Shown here: piece by piece, positions 26,597 to 36,650 of the stretch | How positions within the stretch are numbered: the stretch's first letter is position 1 | How the letters are laid out: each line of letters starts with the position of its first letter | Virus record (IMG/VR): IMGVR_UViG_3300018072_000001 | Coordinates: 1 to 57,879 of that record | Direction: 5' to 3' (one strand) | Length of the DNA stretch: 57,879 nucleotides | DNA from: a virus | Lineage: Duplodnaviria; Caudoviricetes | The notes under the pieces: model-generated | Told to the model about the DNA's origin: nothing | Seen by the model: the letters and a program-made list of their open reading frames with translations, nothing else | The model's database searches: none | Translations under genes and position numbers: made by a program

Positions 26597-27124
26597 TTAT
26601 GCCCTCAGGAGATCTCGTACTCCGGTTGCGCGAGTGATCGGATAGCCCCACTCTGGTGGTACCAGGTAGTACACGGAATCAGGCACGGCTTTTGCGAACA
26701 CCGAATCCTTGAAGTCTACTTCGACAGGACCGGCTCTGACGTGCGTGATGCCCTGTGTTTGCACCGATGAATCGGCGGTGCGATCCGATACCAAGAGTTG
26801 ACGAGCGTACTCTGCCGTGGCTTGCTGAATTTCAACGGGAACGATGTGGATGTCTACGTATTCCCATCCGTTCCGTTTCAGCATGGCACCTCTTGGCCAG
26901 AGTAATGCTTGGATGGCGTCTGTGGGGTAGCCGGTCCACACCCACAGACGGTCCAAGAGAAGCGTAGCCCAGAGAATGGCAGCGGTCTTCTGGTCTATGG
27001 CCTGAGCAGCCCACGTCGAACCGATCGTGGGACGATCGAGATGAAACTGGTCGGCAAACGTCACATCGCAATACGCGTTGGCGAGTGCCGAACCAGCCGT
27101 AGTAACGATGGTGGACGTTGGCAT
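26597..27124 (-). CDS. Head-tail adaptor (DnaT-like family)
   Basis: ANAYCDV..AD...QALLWPR...VPVEIQQAT.E.A. Confidence 0.75.
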   Translation of the reverse strand: MPTSTIVTTAGSALANAYCDVTFADQFHLDRPTIGSTWAAQAIDQKTAAILWATLLLDRLWVWTGYPTDAIQALLWPRGAMLKRNGWEYVDIHIVPVEIQQATAEYARQLLVSDRTADSSVQTQGITHVRAGPVEVDFKDSVFAKAVPDSVYYLVPPEWGYPITRATGVRDLLRA

Positions 27125-27127
27125 GAC

Positions 27128-27601
27128 CTACGCCGGATCCGCAACGTAACGGATCTGCATGTCTACAGCAGTTGCGACCGTAGGCGTGCCACCGACCGAA
27201 TGCGCGATCAGAGCCGCATTCGCGTCCATCTGCGTGAACGAGGCACCGTCCGCGAGGATGACCGCGTTCGCAGCACCGGCTCGTACGAGCGCAGACTGTG
27301 TCAGTGCCGCTGCCGCTACGACAAGTGCTTCGACTGCCGCTGCAGCACGCGTGCCGGCGATGTTGATGGAGGTCGATGTGGTGACCGCTCCACCGATAGA
27401 GATCATCCACGCATCGACCAAACGCCATCGCACACCCGGCAACGCCGGACATGAAGTGAATGCAAGACCGGCTGTAGTCAACTGCGCGACAAGAAATCTC
27501 TGACGGAAAAACTTGGTGACACCGAACGCTACTTCGATGTCACGAATGTAACGTACTTGAACGGCGCCACGACCCTCTGGGAAGTTTCTGAGATCTGACA
27601 T
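27128..27601 (-). CDS. Putative head decoration protein
   Basis: Ala-rich, directly after the major capsid gene. Confidence 0.45.
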   Translation of the reverse strand: MSDLRNFPEGRGAVQVRYIRDIEVAFGVTKFFRQRFLVAQLTTAGLAFTSCPALPGVRWRLVDAWMISIGGAVTTSTSINIAGTRAAAAVEALVVAAAALTQSALVRAGAANAVILADGASFTQMDANAALIAHSVGGTPTVATAVDMQIRYVADPA

Positions 27602-27686
27602 GATGTCAACTCCTGCCTATCGAAATGCTGGGTATGAGCGGATCCGAAATTGGATCCGCTCACATGCACTTCTCCCACGTACCCGA

Positions 27687-28865
27687 CTATCCGCCGAGGA
27701 ACACACCGGCGTTGGTGCGGACGATCGATCCGCCGTACAACGCGTCGAACGACCACTGCACCTGACGATGCTGTCTCGTAACTTCCAACCGTAGCGCGAG
27801 TCCTGACACTTCATCGACTGCCGTCGCCGTGAGCGTCGCACCCGGTACCTGAATGGTATCGAGCAGAGGAGCCATGGCGAACGCGATCGCATCGCGGTGA
27901 ATCAACGTGTTCATCACGAACGATGCCTTCTTGGTGATCGTCTCGCCACCGGCTGAGGCAATGACCAAGCCACCGACACCAGCCGAGATCCCCCGGAACG
28001 GTTCGATAGTGATGGACGTGATCGTGCCGCCACCCACCGTCGTCTGCACCTGATGCGTGATACCCGGTTCATGCGAGAATGAAATGATGTCTCCCGGCAA
28101 CAGCGTACCGGTTGCACCACCAGAGATGGCGAGCACCGTCGCGCCAATGGCGTTGACACCAGTGATGGTCGAACCGGTCACGTAGGTACCGGCCGTATGC
28201 GTCGGCACGCGCTGAGACATCAGCCACAGTGCACCGAGCTTGCGACCGATCTGGCCATTGATGATCCCGTCCGTGTCGCCACGGAACGAAGCATCCTGGA
28301 ACGCACGCAGACCGAGAGCGTTGGCTTCTGCGTCCGTGTTGATGACCATGTACCGAGGATCCATGTCCATCAACTGGTTGTTGCCGATCTTGCGGGCATC
28401 GAGATAGCCCGACAGATCGGTAGCGAACGGCGTGGTACCGGACACTCCGGCGAATCCATAGAACCCACCGGCCGCATGTGTGAGCGACCAGAGGAAGTCC
28501 TCGATGGTGTTCGCCATGCCCTTGATCGCTTCTTTCGCCTGCATCGGCAGGATGCCCCGATCGACCTGCGACAGACCTTTGTCGTCCATCGCGAACGGCG
28601 CTTCCTTCCACTGCGACAGTGTGACGGGAATCGTGGACGGCGTGACGGCGGTGACCGCCGGAGGCACAACATCCGGCGCGACGGTACGAGTGGCGACCGC
28701 TGCCGGTACGGCAACGTTTACGGTAGCGAATCGTTTCGCAGCCGTAATCTCCGTTTCGTAGTCACGATTGGCGATGTGCACCAGGGCCAGTTGTTCGCGT
28801 AGGGTCGCGAGACCCATGGCCACAACTGTGCCGAGGATATTGGTAGTGACGAGTGCTCCTGCCAT
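27687..28865 (-). CDS. Major capsid protein (P22 coat-like)
   Basis: NRDYE, HRDAIAFA, GLALRL, FDALYG; AAGGAG RBS. Confidence 0.85.
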   Translation of the reverse strand: MAGALVTTNILGTVVAMGLATLREQLALVHIANRDYETEITAAKRFATVNVAVPAAVATRTVAPDVVPPAVTAVTPSTIPVTLSQWKEAPFAMDDKGLSQVDRGILPMQAKEAIKGMANTIEDFLWSLTHAAGGFYGFAGVSGTTPFATDLSGYLDARKIGNNQLMDMDPRYMVINTDAEANALGLRAFQDASFRGDTDGIINGQIGRKLGALWLMSQRVPTHTAGTYVTGSTITGVNAIGATVLAISGGATGTLLPGDIISFSHEPGITHQVQTTVGGGTITSITIEPFRGISAGVGGLVIASAGGETITKKASFVMNTLIHRDAIAFAMAPLLDTIQVPGATLTATAVDEVSGLALRLEVTRQHRQVQWSFDALYGGSIVRTNAGVFLGG

Positions 28866-29066
28866 AAGTGAAGTCTCCTTGAAAAAACCCAGATTGTTTT
28901 GTCAGGCAACTCCACCGGAGTCGGGCACTCTCACCGCTGGTGAGAAGCCGAAACGCTGTGCTCGCCGAGTCAGCGTTTCCTATTGCGGTCGAACGACGAA
29001 CGAAAGTGTGGTGCTCCTCTGGAGCAGGTGATCCCATCCACCGGATAGAACCACCCTTGGAATCAA

Positions 29067-29147
29067 CTACTTCTTGGTCGGCGGACGATGCATCGGATGC
29101 GCATTGACCGCCTTCGTCTGCGTGGGAGCCGAATACTTTCCAGCCAT
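29067..29147 (-). CDS. 26-aa peptide between scaffold and capsid genes
   Basis: MAGKYSAPTQTKAVNAHPMHRPPTKK with GAAAGGAAGG RBS. Confidence 0.45.
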   Translation of the reverse strand: MAGKYSAPTQTKAVNAHPMHRPPTKK

Positions 29148-29159
29148 TGCCCTTCCTTT

Positions 29160-29969
29160 CTACGCTCCTGCGTTCGAGTACACGACCTTGACCTTGCCCT
29201 TCAAGATGTCAGCCGAGAACTCTCCGAGTTGTGCCGGTGTCGGGTCGCGGAGCTCAGTCTGACCCGGTTTCAGACCGCCACCGCCACCGCCACCCCGGCT
29301 ACCTTCCGACCCACCACCGGTGGACGGTTTGAATGCGAAGTCCACTTCCTTCATCTGAACACCGAGCCACTCTTCGACATTGAGTGGATCACCCGGCTTC
29401 ACCGAACTGAACTTGTTCGCTTTGGCGACAACCCTGCCGTCCTTTACTTCGAAGGCATCCGTGGCTTTGCCCACGATGAAGTCCAGCGCTGAGGCAATGC
29501 CGCCGACCTTATTGAAGTGTTCTCCGACCGTGGATCGAAGTGTCTGATCATCGGCTCGCTTCCGTTCGGCCACGAGCAGCGCATCCGATGAAGCGATCTT
29601 TTCTTCCAACGGCTTCACTGCGGCTGTTACGGCACTGGTGACCAAAGCCGAGATGTCGTCCGGCTTCGTGACACCTTTCTTCTTGAGCTCCTCGACTTCG
29701 GTCAACGCCTTCTTCGCGGCGTCGATGTCGAGACCTTCGACCTTCACCTTGATTGGTCGAAGCTCCTCGACTTCCTTCATCAGCTTCACGTTGTTATCTC
29801 GGAACTCGACGACTTTCCCGAGTTGCACTGCGTGATCTGCTGCGGACACGAATCCCGGCGGAGCCGCATCGAGAATGACTTGGTACTTCCCGTCCTTCTG
29901 TTCATAGTACTGTCGAAGCGGTTCGGCGACTTTGTCAAGCGATTCCACCACCGGTGGTAATCCTGCCAT
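29160..29969 (-). CDS. Capsid scaffolding protein
   Basis: Coiled coil, EFRDNN motif, Gly-rich C-terminus; upstream of the capsid gene. Confidence 0.75.
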   Translation of the reverse strand: MAGLPPVVESLDKVAEPLRQYYEQKDGKYQVILDAAPPGFVSAADHAVQLGKVVEFRDNNVKLMKEVEELRPIKVKVEGLDIDAAKKALTEVEELKKKGVTKPDDISALVTSAVTAAVKPLEEKIASSDALLVAERKRADDQTLRSTVGEHFNKVGGIASALDFIVGKATDAFEVKDGRVVAKANKFSSVKPGDPLNVEEWLGVQMKEVDFAFKPSTGGGSEGSRGGGGGGGLKPGQTELRDPTPAQLGEFSADILKGKVKVVYSNAGA

Positions 29970-29991
29970 ACTCTACACTCCTGTTCAAAGG

Positions 29992-30870
29992 TTACGCGAC
30001 TTCCAGTAAGAAGAAGAGCTCGTCCTCCTCCGCTTGTACGAGATCCGGACCGATCTCCACCAACACTCGGCCAACAGCGGTACGGATTCTCTGGCCACGA
30101 ATCGGGATGACCGTGGACCCCAACACTGACACTGACGAGGTTTGTATATAGACGCTCGCAGAGATCGCTTCGATTCGAGCATCCGATTGAATCTGTACGA
30201 CTCCACTTGCGATTCGAACTGCGGACCCAAGTGCTGGGGGTTTCGCAGCAATGGAAACATCGGTGTAAACGGATACGAACCCGGCCGAAACACGAACAAC
30301 CGATCCGACCACTGATACGGATGCGTCTGCTCGAACCTCTCGAGAGAGACTCGATGCCACAGCCACTGCATCCGTAACATGTTCGGGACGCGCTCGTGCA
30401 TGACGACGAAGTTGTGACCACCCTCTGGAATCAGCGACCGCTGACGGACCAACGGTTGTGGCGGCACCGCCAAAGAGAATTCCTCCGGAACCGGCATAGA
30501 CAAAGACATTGGTACCGTGCGGTTCGAAGACCGTAGTGGCCGCACCACTGAACACCACACCGCCAGTGGGGACGTAGTCTCTGGTAAGACTCTCGTCCAT
30601 CGTGCCGCCGAATACGATGCCTCCAGTCGGGTCATACGCAAACGTTCGCTTCTGCGTCGCATGACCGGCGAATACGACTCCGCCGGATGGTGTGTACTTG
30701 AAAACAAACTTCTCTGCTTCTTGTCCACCGAAGACAATACCACCGGAGACGGTATACTTCCAGGCAAACTTCTCTACTGCCTGGCCGGCAAAAACTATCC
30801 CGCCACTACCCGTATAGGAGTAGGTTACGGTTCCGGAAGCTTCTTCGAGCGAACGAAGATCTAAAAGCAT
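29992..30870 (-). CDS. Repeat-containing virion protein (six ~20-aa YxxSGGIVFxG repeats)
   Basis: Repeats visible in the translation. Confidence 0.65.
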   Translation of the reverse strand: MLLDLRSLEEASGTVTYSYTGSGGIVFAGQAVEKFAWKYTVSGGIVFGGQEAEKFVFKYTPSGGVVFAGHATQKRTFAYDPTGGIVFGGTMDESLTRDYVPTGGVVFSGAATTVFEPHGTNVFVYAGSGGILFGGAATTVGPSAVADSRGWSQLRRHARARPEHVTDAVAVASSLSREVRADASVSVVGSVVRVSAGFVSVYTDVSIAAKPPALGSAVRIASGVVQIQSDARIEAISASVYIQTSSVSVLGSTVIPIRGQRIRTAVGRVLVEIGPDLVQAEEDELFFLLEVA

Positions 30871-30873
30871 TGA

Positions 30874-31068
30874 CTATTTCGGCCGACGGGACTTCGGAAT
30901 CAATTTCATGTCACCGAGTGGAACGGCCTTGGCCGCATCCACGATTCGAGTTTGTCGTGGTCCACTCATCAACGTTTCACCGGTCTTCGGATCAACTAAA
31001 TGAACACCTTCACCTCGAATGAAGATGCCAAGTTGACCGTCCACCGTGCACCACTGTCCGTTTCGCAT
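30874..31068 (-). CDS. Hypothetical protein
   Basis: GGAG RBS; fills the gap between neighbours. Confidence 0.55.
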   Translation of the reverse strand: MRNGQWCTVDGQLGIFIRGEGVHLVDPKTGETLMSGPRQTRIVDAAKAVPLGDMKLIPKSRRPK

Positions 31069-31069
31069 A

Positions 31070-31471
31070 TCACTCTCCGGTGAACTGCGGAGTCACCTTA
31101 ACCAAATCGCCGTTGTTCTGGACCAAGTACGGTCCATTTGTGAATCGTTCTGCCCAGAGAATCTTTCCGCTCGTAGTCTGAACGACGTAGTACCCGAACA
31201 CGTTCTGACTCTGCACCGCTGTCGAAGTGAAGGTCTGTTCCGCTGCGGCCGCACTACTGGGAGTCCCTGGCGTGATCGTCCAACTCGCTCCGGTCAACGA
31301 AATGGATATGTACCCGGTAAAGTCCGCCTCGGTGTAGGTGGATTCGGTATCGGTCTCAGCCGGAGTAATGTTGTTTTTGAATAACTTCAACGTTTGGTTC
31401 TGCGGCGCAGTCTTGTTCAAGATGTTTTGGAGCATCACATCTTCCGCTGCGTTCGGCACAAGCAGTGTCAT
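31070..31471 (-). CDS. Structural protein, paralogue 1
   Basis: LKLFKNNITPAETDT...LWAERFTNGPY...KVTPQFTGE. Confidence 0.7.
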   Translation of the reverse strand: MTLLVPNAAEDVMLQNILNKTAPQNQTLKLFKNNITPAETDTESTYTEADFTGYISISLTGASWTITPGTPSSAAAAEQTFTSTAVQSQNVFGYYVVQTTSGKILWAERFTNGPYLVQNNGDLVKVTPQFTGE

Positions 31472-31474
31472 GAA

Positions 31475-31882
31475 CTATTCTCCGGTAAACTTCGGGGTGA
31501 CCTTGATTGCATCACCGGCCTGGAGCATGTCGTACGGACCGTTCGTGAATCGTTCTGCCCACAACAGTGGGTGTCCGGGATTCCCTCGTTCGATCGTATA
31601 ACCGAAAATCGTTTCAGGAAGTCCCGGTCCTCCTGCCGTGAACACTTGTTGCGTCGCAACGGCCTGTGTCGGATTTCCCGGAGTGATTGTCCAGTCCGTA
31701 CCGGTTAGTGTCAATGACACGTAACCAACGAACGTTGCTTCCGTGTAGTCGGCAAACGTGTCCGTCTCTGCTGGTGTATGATTATTGGAGAACAATCGGA
31801 TTACCATATCAAATACCGCGTGCTTGTTCATGAGCACCTCGAGTATCGATACTTCACCGACATTCACAACTACGAGCGCCAT
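31475..31882 (-). CDS. Structural protein, paralogue 2
   Basis: IRLFSNNHTPAETDT...LWAERFTNGPY...KVTPKFTGE. Confidence 0.7.
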   Translation of the reverse strand: MALVVVNVGEVSILEVLMNKHAVFDMVIRLFSNNHTPAETDTFADYTEATFVGYVSLTLTGTDWTITPGNPTQAVATQQVFTAGGPGLPETIFGYTIERGNPGHPLLWAERFTNGPYDMLQAGDAIKVTPKFTGE

Positions 31883-32613
31883 CAGTACTGCCCTCGACCC
31901 ATACCGGATGCATTCGGTAGTTGTACTTCGTGCCACCAGATCTGACCGAAGACACCGGAACCAGATTCCGTTCCTAACGACATCGACGCATGCAGTGCGA
32001 AAATCCCACCTGGGGGAACAATGTAACGGCCGTACACAGGAACGTACTTCTGCAAGTGCAAGATGTTTGTGTTCGCACAAACCACCGAACCTACCACATG
32101 CCAATCTGAACTGCTGATATGGCCGTTGATCGCTGCGGCTCCTGAAACCGCAGCTATCCCTCGATACTGTTTTCGTCCGGTCAACGATGTGCGGGTTGCG
32201 AGCGCCAATCCAGATGCCGGTGTATTACTGCCGGCTCCAAGCGGCCACCGCGCTCGTAAGGCTACGGAAATATTGAGCACGGTGGCAACTGGTGTCGTGG
32301 GTAATGCATTCACTCGAATCCCTACCGCATCCACCACGATTGAGGGACCATAATCCGGTCCTATGTTCCAACACTTGAGTAACACTGAACCTGACGGTGG
32401 GAAAAACAAGTCCGGAGTTCCAGCAGTACCGATGACATGCCAAGAATTTCCGAATCGAGTTAATTCAGAATCTGGAGGAAGGGACTGACCGGTACAGACT
32501 TCTCCTCGCGGATTCATTTGCGGAGAACGACGAGCGTACGAGGCCGTCCTCATCCCGTGATCAATCGGGAGTAAACCTCGAACGAATGCGCGAGCAATAC
32601 CGAATCTAGCCAA
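31882..32613 (-). CDS. Structural protein, paralogue of 32606..33253
   Basis: FVRGLL...RGEVC..QSLPP..EL.R.G...YGRYIVPP.G.F...WHEVQL. Confidence 0.65.
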   Translation of the reverse strand: MARFGIARAFVRGLLPIDHGMRTASYARRSPQMNPRGEVCTGQSLPPDSELTRFGNSWHVIGTAGTPDLFFPPSGSVLLKCWNIGPDYGPSIVVDAVGIRVNALPTTPVATVLNISVALRARWPLGAGSNTPASGLALATRTSLTGRKQYRGIAAVSGAAAINGHISSSDWHVVGSVVCANTNILHLQKYVPVYGRYIVPPGGIFALHASMSLGTESGSGVFGQIWWHEVQLPNASGMGRGQY

Positions 32614-33253
32614 GGGTCAACTGAACTTCATGCCAGAAGATGATCGGCTGCGCGGTACCGGCTGCGGCATTGACCAGAGTGGCGAGCGAGAACATGCCCT
32701 GTGGTGGCACGATGTAGCGACCGTACACCGGGAACTCCACAGACAATGTGATGTTGGCGGTGTTGGCGCAGATGAGCTGTGTGCCGATCTCGTGCCAGGC
32801 CGAATCGTTGGTCACGGTAACCGATGCTTTCGCGTTGCCCTTGCCGCCGTAGTTCGCTTTTCCGGACAGTGACTTGATTGCGAGTGCACCAGCGGGATTG
32901 GCAATCGGATTGGTAGTGTTCAACTGTGCTGCGACACCGAGATTGAGTGCTGCAGCTGCACTGGTCGCCATCATGGTTCCGACGGCGTCGATGATGTAGC
33001 TTTTGCCGCCGGGAGCTTCACCGTTCCACAACGAAAGATGCGACGTGGTGGTTGGCAGAGCGGCGACCGGAGCGACCGCCGTACCGAGACAAAAATAACT
33101 ACCACCCAGTCGTACGAGTTCAGCAGCCGGAGGTAATGCCTGCACCACGCAGACATCCCCACGATTGTTGACACAAACTGGATTGTCACTACCTTCCGGC
33201 CAGTTGGGCGTGAGGAGTCCACGAACAAATGCCAGGACATTAATCTTCGCCAT
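32606..33253 (-). CDS. Structural protein
   Basis: Same motifs as 31882..32613; GGAGG RBS. Confidence 0.7.
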   Translation of the reverse strand: MAKINVLAFVRGLLTPNWPEGSDNPVCVNNRGDVCVVQALPPAAELVRLGGSYFCLGTAVAPVAALPTTTSHLSLWNGEAPGGKSYIIDAVGTMMATSAAAALNLGVAAQLNTTNPIANPAGALAIKSLSGKANYGGKGNAKASVTVTNDSAWHEIGTQLICANTANITLSVEFPVYGRYIVPPQGMFSLATLVNAAAGTAQPIIFWHEVQLTLG

Positions 33254-33545
33254 CAAAATCCTCCACCGTCTGTTCAAATTCGTATGCCAACATGGCAAGA
33301 ATTTTCGTGAGTGCGTCGTTGATACCGTTCAATTGCTCGAGAACTCGTTCGTCCGTTACCGATACAAGACCGAAACCTCGTACCGGCTCCGTCGCTATGA
33401 GATTGCCGTTGGCATCAGCGATTGAGACCACCTGCATTTGCACCGTAGCTGTCGTCCCATCCGGCTGGACAATATCCAGCTGCAGGTTCCGAATCTTCTT
33501 CCCGGTAGAATCCGGGGCGACTTGGACGACAGACTCTTGCGCCAT
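33240..33545 (-). CDS. Hypothetical virion-associated protein
   Basis: VQVAPDSTGKKI motif; located in the structural operon. Confidence 0.6.
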   Translation of the reverse strand: MAQESVVQVAPDSTGKKIRNLQLDIVQPDGTTATVQMQVVSIADANGNLIATEPVRGFGLVSVTDERVLEQLNGINDALTKILAMLAYEFEQTVEDFDGED

Positions 33546-33546
33546 A

Positions 33547-33813
33547 CTAGCTCCGACCGTTGCCGAACTTCAACAAATGCGAAAGACCGGGGGACGGTGC
33601 GATGATCTGCTTGCCTTTCGCGAGTTCGTCCACGTGCTGAGAGATCGCTCCCTTCGCGACTTCCAGCAACCCGAGTGCGGCCACCTTGCTATCGATCGTT
33701 CCCGCCACGGACACCTGTCCTCCAGCGGTAAGAATCACCAGGATCGCCAACTGTGCATCCTGAGGAATAACTAACGACTGCCCTGCCACGGCCGATTGTG
33801 CCGGTTGATCCAC
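33547..33813 (-). CDS. Hypothetical protein
   Basis: GGAGG RBS before GTG at 33813. Confidence 0.55.
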   Translation of the reverse strand: MDQPAQSAVAGQSLVIPQDAQLAILVILTAGGQVSVAGTIDSKVAALGLLEVAKGAISQHVDELAKGKQIIAPSPGLSHLLKFGNGRS

Positions 33814-33814
33814 A

Positions 33815-34252
33815 CTATCCTCCAATCCGGACAAGTCCGGTTGATGCATTCGGTTCCGGGAATGGAACCAAAAAGTTTCCGTTGGTACTTGAATAGCCGC
33901 GTGGATCTCCTGAGGGACTAGGACCGAAATCTAGGATGACCACTGCACGGTTGCGTGTCGCGTTGAAGATGAGTGCGCCTCTGGCCACGATCGTGGAATT
34001 CGGCCACACCACGTCCGCCCAATCGATAACCGCCGTCGGACCGTCCATGACCACCGTCATCCCGGTGAGCACTTGTCCTCCAGCGGTATAACCAGGTGCG
34101 CCGATGACTTCTCCGTCCGTGGTGTACTTCTCCGTCATCGGCGACAGGTTCGCCTTATCGGAGTACAACGCGATACGGTACTCGTCCATCGGCTGAAACA
34201 AGGACCGAGCAAGATCGTAGTAAAACGAAATGGCGGTACCTGGAGCGATCAC
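33815..34252 (-). CDS. Virion structural protein
   Basis: RIALY...GYTAGG..L...W...TI.ARGALI.N...LDFG motif common in phage structural ORFs. Confidence 0.65.
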   Translation of the reverse strand: MIAPGTAISFYYDLARSLFQPMDEYRIALYSDKANLSPMTEKYTTDGEVIGAPGYTAGGQVLTGMTVVMDGPTAVIDWADVVWPNSTIVARGALIFNATRNRAVVILDFGPSPSGDPRGYSSTNGNFLVPFPEPNASTGLVRIGG

Positions 34253-34389
34253 TTGTGTTCCTTGTGCTTGAAGTGTTCCACCTGTGCGAGTCTACGCTCC
34301 GCACCTTTTCTCGAGAGCGGCTTTGATAACTTCTTCGTACCGTCCGCACTCATCACGACGTACTTTCCGGGTCCGACACGTTTGATCAT
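34249..34389 (-). CDS. Small basic protein (46 aa; not in ORF track)
   Basis: MIKRVGPGKYVVMSADGTKKLSKPLSRKGAERRLAQVEHFKHKEHK; overlaps both neighbours. Confidence 0.65.
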   Translation of the reverse strand: MIKRVGPGKYVVMSADGTKKLSKPLSRKGAERRLAQVEHFKHKEHK

Positions 34390-35888
34390 GCCGCAGCAGG
34401 AGGTGTCTGCTCCTCCGTGATTTGATATTTCAGTTTCCCGTCCGGACCCAGTACGGTTTTCCGTACCGGTCCGGGTGGCGGTGCGGGTTTCGGTTCCGGC
34501 GGTTTCTCCGCTTCGATTTCTTTTCCTTCCGCATCCGCGTCTACGTCATCCCGTGTCCAATCTCCGGTCGCCAGGAAGTTGTACCAGGTATCGAAAGAAA
34601 TCTTTCCGGCCTGCAAGGCCTGGAGTGCCGCCGTGACTTCCTGAGCGGTGGCTTTCACGTTGAGGAAGTCCTTGTTCAACTCCACACTGACTTCGGCATC
34701 CAACGGTTTGACCAACGTACTGTCCCACCATACCAGAATCTGGAGCACCAGTGTGAGGCCGACTTCCAACGACTGCGTGATCATGCGCAATGAGGCGTGC
34801 TCGCTGGCATGACGCATACGAACCGCGCTCGCGGTTTCCTGGACCGAGGAGGGATCCTCTAACAAACGACCACCGAGCACGGCCATCTGTTTTTTCTTCT
34901 CTTCCATTGCGGTCACGATGGCCGCGAGTCCGGCACCTTGAAACTCCAACATCCCGGCTTCTCCCTGGACGTCAAGTTCCCACACCACGCTGGGTCCCAT
35001 CTTCATCGGTACGCGACCGTCGCCGGAATTCCTCGCACCAGAGACCCACGGCGTCGGTAAGGCAACCAAATGCAAGCCGTACTCGTAGTCCACCGAGTTC
35101 CGCCAGTGACCGAGATTCACATCCGCCAGATCGATGAGCGGTGGCGTCTCGAGATCCGGTGTCGCGTTCTTCGCACAAATGAAAATGAACGGAATAAAAT
35201 TGAGTGCGACACCCCGTCGCGTAGGAATGACCGCACCGCCAAAGATTTCGTACTCTTTCTGTCCCGGACCTTTCTCTCGATACAACTGCACCGCACAGAC
35301 ACCGTTCACGAGTCTGATGACGCGGTACTGACATAACGTGAGACACAGGAAGGGATCCTTCGGGTCCACGTACTCAATCAGTTCTCGGAGTACGAGATAG
35401 GTGAGCACTTGCCGGCCACCGATTCGTTCGGTACGCCAGTTGATAATGTCTTCCGCTTTGTAACCAACCAGGTAAGGACGCACGTCCGAAGACATGATTC
35501 CCTCTGGTGGCGGTACCGGCATGTCCACCATGACCCCGTACCGCGACATCAAGACGACCTCACGACCGGCTTCCTGAGCGAACATCTCGAACGGAATGTT
35601 TGTCAGTGTGACGTCGTCAAGATACGTCTTGATGGTTTCGGGGAATTCGACTTCCGGTGCTTCCTGAAAGACAGCACCGGTCATCCCGTTGGTGGTACGC
35701 TGAACGGCATTGTAGAAGCTGCCACGCTTCCGATACGCTTCATTTTCCGTCGCATCTTTCGCAGGCAACGACGGGACATACTTCTCTCCGGCTTTCAATA
35801 CCGCATCCCGACCTTCGTAGCAGTCGCGCAAGCGTCGCCACTTGTCTTCCATCTCTACGAAGTCTTTGCGTTTCGTATCAACGGGCAT
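34386..35888 (-). CDS. Portal protein (DUF4055-type)
   Basis: YVP...Y..R..FYN, IINWR, PPL.DLA..NLGHW.NS.DY. Confidence 0.88.
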   Translation of the reverse strand: MPVDTKRKDFVEMEDKWRRLRDCYEGRDAVLKAGEKYVPSLPAKDATENEAYRKRGSFYNAVQRTTNGMTGAVFQEAPEVEFPETIKTYLDDVTLTNIPFEMFAQEAGREVVLMSRYGVMVDMPVPPPEGIMSSDVRPYLVGYKAEDIINWRTERIGGRQVLTYLVLRELIEYVDPKDPFLCLTLCQYRVIRLVNGVCAVQLYREKGPGQKEYEIFGGAVIPTRRGVALNFIPFIFICAKNATPDLETPPLIDLADVNLGHWRNSVDYEYGLHLVALPTPWVSGARNSGDGRVPMKMGPSVVWELDVQGEAGMLEFQGAGLAAIVTAMEEKKKQMAVLGGRLLEDPSSVQETASAVRMRHASEHASLRMITQSLEVGLTLVLQILVWWDSTLVKPLDAEVSVELNKDFLNVKATAQEVTAALQALQAGKISFDTWYNFLATGDWTRDDVDADAEGKEIEAEKPPEPKPAPPPGPVRKTVLGPDGKLKYQITEEQTPPAAA

Positions 35889-35903
35889 GCCATCCTCTCG
35901 CGG

Positions 35904-36200
35904 TTACTTCTTCCGTGTCGTCGGCAGCTTCCGCTTCTTCGGCTCTTCCGCCGCTTCCGATCGTTCGTCATCCTCGGTCTGTTCCGGTTCGGATTCATCC
36001 ACATCCGGCGTCCACGCCGATGCGGCCACTGGATCCTCGCACCAACCGGGTCCGAGCCGGTCATACGCCTCTTGATTCTGCACCACGATCGGATAGGTCG
36101 TGTACTGGGAATGTCGCGCATCGGCCGCGAACTCCGGTGTACCGTTGTCCTTGTGATAGAGGGTTACCGGAAATTGCATTCCACCCGTCTTGCGAGTCAT
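35904..36200 (-). CDS. Hypothetical protein
   Basis: FPVTLYH...GW motif; RBS. Confidence 0.6.
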   Translation of the reverse strand: MTRKTGGMQFPVTLYHKDNGTPEFAADARHSQYTTYPIVVQNQEAYDRLGPGWCEDPVAASAWTPDVDESEPEQTEDDERSEAAEEPKKRKLPTTRKK

Positions 36201-36281
36201 GTCTCTCTATCCTTTCTTTTTGTAAAACGGACGGAGCCGAGTCTGGAGGCTCGACTCCGTCGTGTCAAACGTCGTACAAGG

Positions 36282-36620
36282 CTAGTTGACGACCGGTGGT
36301 GCCGGATCTGCCGGCAGGCCGGGATCGACCGGGACCGGATCGACCGGGACCGGATCCGCCGGTACGGCTGCGAGACCGTTGAGCACGGTTGCGGACGCGG
36401 TGAGTGCCGCTGCCACGCCATCGATGCGATTGGTCTCGGTGTCCAGCACGGCCTTCGCGGCGTCAACCTGTGCCGCCGTCATGCTGGTGCTGAGCGTAGT
36501 GATCAGCGCCGCAATGCGGGTGCTGGCCGCATCGAGAGCCGCGCTGAGTACGTCCTGATTGGCGGCGAGGGTGTTGGTGGCATCGTCCACCTTCTGCAGT
36601 GCCTGAGTGAGATCGGTCAT
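36282..36620 (-). CDS. Coiled-coil protein with PVDP-repeat tail
   Basis: AGGAG RBS; Ala/Thr-rich helical sequence. Confidence 0.65.
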   Translation of the reverse strand: MTDLTQALQKVDDATNTLAANQDVLSAALDAASTRIAALITTLSTSMTAAQVDAAKAVLDTETNRIDGVAAALTASATVLNGLAAVPADPVPVDPVPVDPGLPADPAPPVVN

Positions 36621-36650
36621 GGTGTCTCCTCTACATGCGCGGAAGTGCGC

